NCBI GenBank assembly: GCA_965369865.1
Contig: CBDURU010000099.1
Location: 1-12,964 of the forward strand
Origin: an uncultured bacterium
GTDB taxonomy: Bacteria; JAJVIF01; JAPKYR01
Reading direction: 5' to 3'
Length of the DNA: 12,964 nt
The translations under genes and the position numbers were made by a program. The notes beneath the pieces were generated by a model, which was not told where the DNA came from, searched no databases, and worked only from the letters and a program-made list of their open reading frames with translations. This document shows positions 8,062 through 12,964 of this stretch, piece after piece (positions within the stretch are counted from its first letter, which is position 1; each line of letters begins with the position of its first letter).

Positions 8062-8533
8062 ATCCCTCGGGATACTCGGGAACAAGCCGGATTTCTTTCC
8101 ATCGACCGGGAGCGAGAGCAATATCCCCTACCTCGGTGCCCGTAAGAAGAACCGACCCGTCCTGCTGCCCTTTAAGAGTCCCCTTGAGTTTTTTTCGTCC
8201 CGATATAGGCTCTTCAAGCCAGACCTGGACCTGTTTCCCGGAAAATCGATTGAAATCTCTTTCATGCTTCAACACCCGATTGAGACCAGGTGAACTAACC
8301 AGCAGTGTGGCGCCATCGTCAAGGAATCCCTCGGCTCCCATGCGAAGCCTGAGTGCTTTCGCGATTTTCCCGCAATCCCCGGCAGTTATCCCGCCTTCGA
8401 TATCTGTGTAAATCTCGAATACCGGGCGCGAAACGCTGCCACCGACACGAAGGTCGACAAATTCGTAACCTTCGCCCTCAAGGTAATCCCTGACGGTATT
8501 CTCGATCCGTTCTATTTCAATCGGCGCAGGCAT
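8054..8533 (-). CDS. rimP: Ribosome maturation factor RimP, about 159 aa
   Basis: GYEFVD..GGIT..DC..LLVSSPGLNRVLK..DFNRFSGKQV..GRKKLKGTL. Start moved from 8599 to ATG 8533 because the longer ORF runs through the leader hairpin. Confidence 0.93.
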   Translation of the reverse strand: MPAPIEIERIENTVRDYLEGEGYEFVDLRVGGSVSRPVFEIYTDIEGGITAGDCGKIAKALRLRMGAEGFLDDGATLLVSSPGLNRVLKHERDFNRFSGKQVQVWLEEPISGRKKLKGTLKGQQDGSVLLTGTEVGDIALAPGRWKEIRLVPEYPEGFK

Positions 8534-8546
8534 CTCAATCTTATAT

Positions 8547-8578
8547 AAAAAAAGAAGCGGGAACTTAGTCCCACTTTT
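8547..8578 (-). promoter_or_regulatory. rimP-leader attenuator-like hairpin
   Basis: RNA AAAAGUGGGA-CUAAGU-UCCCGCUU-CUUUUUUU just upstream of the rimP ATG. Matches the GGG...CCC terminator-like leader described for rimP-nusA-infB operons. Confidence 0.8.
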
Positions 8579-8602
8579 CCATAGAAAAAGCGTTCGCATA
8601 TA

Positions 8603-8631
8603 TATATACCATTAATTACATCTATATGCAA
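8603..8631 (-). promoter_or_regulatory. Putative sigma70 promoter of the rimP operon
   Basis: TTGCAT - 17 nt - TATATA with a TGG extension, just upstream of the leader. The -10 lacks the final T. Confidence 0.4.
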
Positions 8632-8655
8632 GCTTATACGGCAATTTTAACCAAA

Positions 8656-8684
8656 TTGACAGATTTACAATCGTGGTTTAAAAT
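8656..8684 (+). promoter_or_regulatory. sigma70 promoter of hydrolase copy 1
   Basis: TTGACA - 17 nt - TAAAAT; both hexamers are conserved in the duplicate while the spacer has diverged. Confidence 0.8.
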
Positions 8685-8749
8685 CAGTGTATAAAGATAA
8701 CCATGGGAATCCTGATTCATTACAATAGATATTAGATTAGGTGATTTAT

Positions 8750-9712
8750 ATGTACCCAGGGAAATTATTACCGCTTAGAATTTTGATAGTTTTACTAACC
8801 GGCTTATTTGGATGCGGAGTTGGAGGATCCAGCCCTGTGGATCCCGATCCTGCCGGGCAGCTACCCCATGAAGCCGAAAACTGGGCCCCCGACTACCAGC
8901 CCGATCGGGAACAGGTCATGACTCATTATTACCTGGAAGCACCCGATGGGGTGGACCTGCATTGCCAGGTATTTCGACCCGCCGACTCATCCCCGGCAAA
9001 CCGGTACCCGGCTATTGTCCTTATACCGGGAGCTGCATATTCCGGCTACGCGTTTCAAAATCCGAACTTCATATTCAACACATGGGAATTAGTCAGGGAG
9101 GGGTTAATAGTCCTTACAATCGACGCGCGAGGCCGAGGGCTTTCCGGGGGAGAGGAAAATTATTACGGGACCATCCAGCAGGAAGATTTTAAAATGACCC
9201 TGGAATGGTTCATTGAGCGAGATGACATTTTACCCGGAGGCATAGGCATATGTTCTTCCAGCGCGGGGATCGTACTGGCAGGTATGACAATCGGGAGATA
9301 CCCGTACCTTCCGGTGCGGTACCTGATTGACAATGAGGGTATTATCGATCGTTACTATGGAAACGCTTCGGTCCCTGACTGGGGGCTCCTGGGCCACGAT
9401 CAGTCGGATGATGAATGGTGGGATCAAAGAGAGCCATTGAATTACATCCAGTATATTCCAGTGCCGTACTTCCGAATACAAACCGACCTGGACCATTACA
9501 ATGATCTGCCTTATTTCGATGGCGCGATTGCAATGGTTAACCGGGCATTGCTTGGAGCGAGTCCATACGTCCAGCTTAATGATGTTGTGATTAATTCAGA
9601 ATTGGATGTCAATAAAGCCGATGAGTACGAGTGGTGCGAAGTTGCGAAACGGACGGTTTATTTTTACAACATGATCCTGCATGCGACATCCCTGACAACG
9701 CTCATTGATTGA
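8750..9712 (+). CDS. Lipoprotein alpha/beta-hydrolase, CocE/NonD (peptidase S15)-like, copy 1
   Basis: Lipobox LFGC; DGVDLHCQVFRP, RYPAIVLIPG, DARGRGLSGG, nucleophile-elbow-like IGICSSSAG. ATG 8750 preferred over GTG 8741 because AGGTGA lies 5 nt upstream of it. Confidence 0.82.
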   Translation: MYPGKLLPLRILIVLLTGLFGCGVGGSSPVDPDPAGQLPHEAENWAPDYQPDREQVMTHYYLEAPDGVDLHCQVFRPADSSPANRYPAIVLIPGAAYSGYAFQNPNFIFNTWELVREGLIVLTIDARGRGLSGGEENYYGTIQQEDFKMTLEWFIERDDILPGGIGICSSSAGIVLAGMTIGRYPYLPVRYLIDNEGIIDRYYGNASVPDWGLLGHDQSDDEWWDQREPLNYIQYIPVPYFRIQTDLDHYNDLPYFDGAIAMVNRALLGASPYVQLNDVVINSELDVNKADEYEWCEVAKRTVYFYNMILHATSLTTLID

Positions 9713-9801
9713 TCATGGGGACACCTGATTTTGCCTTAAGGGATGAGTAAAGAATTGGGGGAAGTGCAAGAGGCAAAACTAGGTGTCCCCGATATGCTAC
9801 C
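9711..9801. mobile_element. 91-bp non-autonomous hairpin insertion (GGGGACACC family) with 10-bp target-site duplication
   Basis: CTCATTGATT at 9701-9710 and 9802-9811 flanks the insert. Arms GGGGACACCTGATTTTGCCT (9717-9736) and AGGCAAAACTAGGTGTCCCC (9771-9790) are 18/20 complementary. The insert is absent from the paralogous site in copy 2. Confidence 0.85.
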
Positions 9802-9869
9802 CTCATTGATTCGCGGTAACTCTTGAAAAATAAAAGTTGTAATGTGGTTATACGGCAATATCAACCATA

Positions 9870-9898
9870 TTGACAGATTTGCCAACGTGGATTAAAAT
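9870..9898 (+). promoter_or_regulatory. sigma70 promoter of hydrolase copy 2
   Basis: TTGACA - 17 nt - TAAAAT. Confidence 0.8.
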
Positions 9899-9965
9899 TA
9901 GTGCATGTAAGATAAACAAGGGAATCCTGGCTCATTACAAATAGATATTAATTTAGGTGATTTAT

Positions 9966-10928
9966 ATGTACCCAGGGAAATTATTACCGCTTAGTTTTTT
10001 CATAGTTTTACTTACCGGCTTAATTGGATGCGGAGGATCCAGCCCTGTGGATCCCGATCCTGTCGAGCAGCCACCCCGTGAAGACGAATACTGGACCCCT
10101 GACTACCAGCCCGATCGGGAACAGGTCATGACTCATTATTACCTGAAAGCATCCGATGGAGTGTACCTGCATTGCCAGTTATTTCGACCCGCTGACTCAT
10201 CCCCAACAAACCGGTACCCGGCTATTGTCCTTATACCGGGAGCATTATATTCCGGCTACGTGTTTCAGAATCTGGACTTTAAAATAAACACCTGGGAGTT
10301 AGTCAGGAACGGGTTAATAGCCCTTACCACGGACGCGCGAGGACGAGGGCTTTCTGGTGGAGAAGAAAATTATTATGGAACAATCCAGCAGGATGATTTG
10401 AAAATGATCCTGGAATGGTTCATTGAGCGTGATGACATTTTGCCCGGCGGCATAGGAGTATGTGCTTCCAGCGCCGGGATCGTACTGGCAGGTATGACTC
10501 TCGGGAGATACCCGGACCTTCCGGCACGGTACCTGATTGACAATGAGGGCATGGCCGATCGTTACTATGGAACTGCTTCCATCCCTGACTGGGCGCTCCT
10601 GGGTCACGATCCGTCGGATGATGAATGGTGGGATCAAAGAGAGCCTGTGAATTACATCAAGTATATTCCAGTGCCGTATTTCCGAATACAAACTGACTGG
10701 GATCACTACAATGATCTGCCTTATTTCGATGGCGCGATTGCCATGGTAAACCAGGCATTGCTTGGAGCGAGTCCATACGTCCAGCTCAATGATGTTATGA
10801 TTAATTCAGAATTGGATGTCAATAAAGCAGATGAGTACCAGTGGTATTATAACCAGGATCGGCAGGTTCTTTTATACAACATGATCCTGCACGCGACATC
10901 CCTGACAACCATCGTTGATTCCCAGTAA
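9966..10928 (+). CDS. Lipoprotein alpha/beta-hydrolase, CocE/NonD (peptidase S15)-like, copy 2
   Basis: About 83% aa identical to copy 1 by manual count (about 55 differences in 321 aligned positions). Lipobox LIGC; IGVCASSAG. ATG 9966 follows AGGTGA (ORF track starts at GTG 9957). Confidence 0.82.
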   Translation: MYPGKLLPLSFFIVLLTGLIGCGGSSPVDPDPVEQPPREDEYWTPDYQPDREQVMTHYYLKASDGVYLHCQLFRPADSSPTNRYPAIVLIPGALYSGYVFQNLDFKINTWELVRNGLIALTTDARGRGLSGGEENYYGTIQQDDLKMILEWFIERDDILPGGIGVCASSAGIVLAGMTLGRYPDLPARYLIDNEGMADRYYGTASIPDWALLGHDPSDDEWWDQREPVNYIKYIPVPYFRIQTDWDHYNDLPYFDGAIAMVNQALLGASPYVQLNDVMINSELDVNKADEYQWYYNQDRQVLLYNMILHATSLTTIVDSQ

Positions 10929-10962
10929 CTCTTGAAAAATAAAAGTTGTTCAGAGCTTACGC

Positions 10963-11082
10963 GATTATGGGGACACCTGATTCGCGAGGCTGGAGCTCCG
11001 CGGTCCAAAAAGAAGTTTTATTTACACTGCTGTCCAAGATAATCTGATTTTGGACAAGGTTAGCCCATCGGATAAGGCGTCC
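10963..11082. repeat. Partial or degenerate GGGGACACC-family element with nested hairpins
   Basis: GATTATGGGGACACCTGATT (10963-10982) matches the first 20 nt of the 9711 insert at 19/20. Inner hairpins at 10983-11002 and 11031-11056; possible decayed right arm CGGATAAGGCGTCC at 11069-11082. Confidence 0.55.
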
Positions 11083-11144
11083 AGGGGGAGAGGTCTGCAC
11101 GTTTTGCGGGTTACTCGGTGGAAGCGATTGTCATATAAAAAACC

Positions 11145-11237
11145 TTGAGATCCGATAGCTGGAAGCTAACGGCACTTGCTGTCCGATAGCTGGAAGCTAA
11201 CGGCACTTGATATCCGATAGCTGGAAGCTAACGGCAC
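11145..11237. repeat. Three tandem 31-bp REP-like units with an identical 25-bp core
   Basis: TCCGATAGCTGGAAGCTAACGGCAC at 11151, 11182, 11213, each preceded by TTGNNN. Hairpin CCG-A-TAGCT-GGA-AGCTA-A-CGG. Confidence 0.92.
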
Positions 11238-11314
11238 GTAGGGGAAATCCTTACTTCAAACCATTTGAGGAAATTTTATATTGGACCAGAGTATTTTATT
11301 TACAAAAATTAGTT

Positions 11315-12856
11315 TTACAATCCCAACGTTACAAGCGCAGTCGCAGATTGTCCCGATTTTCCGCACCCGTTAATGACCTGGACAGCATATTCTCCGAGCG
11401 GCGCTCCGGTGAAATCCACACTGCAGGTCATTTCGATACTTGTTATCACATTGACACTCCCGGCCTGAATATCGGTGCCAGTAATCGGGCCTGTTCCGAT
11501 GAAGAAAATATCGGAGTTAAACCCGGTCCCGGTGAACCCGGTGCCGGAAACTTTGACATTGGGGTAAGGCTGCTGAGTAGCATAGTCATCGATTTCGGGT
11601 GTGATGTCGTCAAGATCGATACCGGTAACAACCACGTCAGGGCAGAATGGGTTGTCCACAATATTAAGCGGAATTCGGAAAGCCGCCGCGAGAGGCACAT
11701 CCGGCGACGGGATACCGGGGTTATTGTTCTTGTAATCAAAGTTTTCATATTCGGCGAATACCCAGCATTCCTGGTCCTCGGTACCTGTGAAACCCTGCGA
11801 AGGTATCTCGATATGATACCTGTAGGCATTGCCGATATTTCCGAGTAAATAGTTGGCCGCATTAAATTTTGGTACGAAACCGAAACTCAGCACGGTTGAT
11901 TCAATGTATAGCCAGTCCGGCTGTTCCTGCCAGCAGTAAAGATCGATATCGAGGATAAGAATCCCACCGGAGCCGTCACCGGGGTTGTAATACAGGCTGT
12001 CGGTCTGGGTAATGTATGCGGCGGCCGCTTCAGTTATGTGGTATGGGGTATAAGGCCCGGAACCCTGCTCTTCCCAGGCGAGTACAACAGCATACCCAAA
12101 GGATATTCCAATTCCATTCGGCGGGTAAACAAATTCGAGTTCCATCCTTCGACCCAGTCCGTCCTGGAACAGGCCGTCGTTGTTAGACCCCGATGCAAGG
12201 AAATTAAACGCGTTTCCGGTTGTGGTAAGTCCCACGGCGTAGTATTTATAAGGATTCAGGGAACCTGAGCCAACAAGGTCCTGGTATCCGCCGGGTGCCC
12301 ATCCAAAGATCAGTTCGGTCGGGAATTCCACAGGATTGAACCAACGGGTGTAACCATCCGGGTTTTTCATAGTCAGGTCCACGCCCGATACACCGTACCT
12401 GAGCTCCGGGTCATACGAGAGCCAGTCCCCGCCATGTCCTATAATTACCCCCCTGAGATCGTAGGCATTGTACTGGGGAATGCCTGCAAGCGGATGGGAG
12501 ATTTCGAAATTGAGGCTAACACCGAGTACCGATGGATCGCTCTGGTCAAACGAAACATTTGTAAAGGCTAGCCCGAATAACGGCCATGTGACCATATTCA
12601 GGAACGGGACCAGGTTCAGCGTGTATTCCGCGGTACGGTTACGGACCACTTCGATTGTTTCATTCTCCACATCGACGAAGCAGTCGTAATATCCTCCGAG
12701 ATATGTGCCTGTTTGTGAGGCCTGGCCTGTTGAGGATGTGACGACCGGGTTGATATCCGATTCCGGTGCCGTCGGATTTCCAGGATTCCCCGAGCATCCG
12801 AAAAGGATTGCCAGGCAAAAAATGATTGCGGGAGCCGGAATTGTCCATCGATTCAT
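11315..12856 (-). CDS. Surface lipoprotein of unknown function with C-terminal IPT/TIG-like Ig domain, 513 aa
   Basis: GGAGG RBS 7 nt before ATG; lipobox LFGC (Cys21); P/S/T-rich linker. C-terminal VTGI...VKVSGTGF...VNVITSIEMTCSVDFTGAPLGEYAVQVIN.CG resembles IPT/TIG strands. Confidence 0.8.
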   Translation of the reverse strand: MNRWTIPAPAIIFCLAILFGCSGNPGNPTAPESDINPVVTSSTGQASQTGTYLGGYYDCFVDVENETIEVVRNRTAEYTLNLVPFLNMVTWPLFGLAFTNVSFDQSDPSVLGVSLNFEISHPLAGIPQYNAYDLRGVIIGHGGDWLSYDPELRYGVSGVDLTMKNPDGYTRWFNPVEFPTELIFGWAPGGYQDLVGSGSLNPYKYYAVGLTTTGNAFNFLASGSNNDGLFQDGLGRRMELEFVYPPNGIGISFGYAVVLAWEEQGSGPYTPYHITEAAAAYITQTDSLYYNPGDGSGGILILDIDLYCWQEQPDWLYIESTVLSFGFVPKFNAANYLLGNIGNAYRYHIEIPSQGFTGTEDQECWVFAEYENFDYKNNNPGIPSPDVPLAAAFRIPLNIVDNPFCPDVVVTGIDLDDITPEIDDYATQQPYPNVKVSGTGFTGTGFNSDIFFIGTGPITGTDIQAGSVNVITSIEMTCSVDFTGAPLGEYAVQVINGCGKSGQSATALVTLGL

Positions 12857-12915
12857 AACTGAACCTCCAAGATGTTGAACTAAAGCCAGAAACAGACAGC
12901 CCTCAATATAACCAT

Positions 12916-12945
12916 ATAATAAGTTATTACCACCTGTCTTGGCAA
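12916..12945 (-). promoter_or_regulatory. Putative sigma70 promoter of the 513-aa lipoprotein gene
   Basis: Minus strand TTGCCA - 18 nt - TATTAT, about 60 nt upstream of the ATG. Confidence 0.4.
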
Positions 12946-12964
12946 GGGAAATTAATGATGGATG

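Larger units (their letters stand above)
8634..10949 (+). repeat. Tandem duplication of a ~1.1-kb promoter+gene unit (8634-9840 and 9848-10949)
   Basis: Both units begin TTATACGGCAAT and end GTAACTCTTGAAAAATAAAAGTTGT. Unit 1 is longer mainly because of the 101-bp insertion plus duplication. Confidence 0.92.

Noticed and set aside
8534..8599. 22-aa N-terminal extension of RimP
   Set aside because: It overlaps the leader hairpin and starts beside the putative -10. ATG 8533 gives a normal-length RimP.
9629..10874. Diversity-generating retroelement VR/TR pair
   Set aside because: Differences are not restricted to adenines of either copy, third codon positions vary freely, and there is no reverse transcriptase in the window.
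11145..11237. CRISPR array
   Set aside because: Linkers are 6 bp, far too short to be spacers.

Overview
Bacterial chromosomal window. Its core (1378-8533, minus strand) is the conserved rimP-nusA-ylxR(rnpM)-infB-ylxP(DUF503)-rbfA-nrnA operon, with a rimP-leader attenuator-like hairpin and a likely internal nusA promoter. Four accessory lipoprotein genes flank it: an AT-rich TPR lipoprotein, a tandem pair of CocE/NonD-like alpha/beta-hydrolases duplicated together with their sigma70 promoter, and a 513-aa surface lipoprotein ending in an Ig/IPT-like domain. The most unusual signal is non-coding. Most long intergenic gaps hold small hairpin repeats of several REP/MITE-like families. One GGGGACACC...GG(T/C)GTCCCC family brackets the AT-rich TPR gene as two near-identical 57-bp direct repeats. 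The same family has also inserted into the 3' end of hydrolase copy 1 with a perfect 10-bp target-site duplication, creating a new stop codon. No transposase, integrase or cas gene is visible in the window. NusA carries a C-terminal domain that looks like an RNA polymerase alpha-CTD lacking its DNA-binding residues. All calls come from motif recognition by eye; no searches were run.
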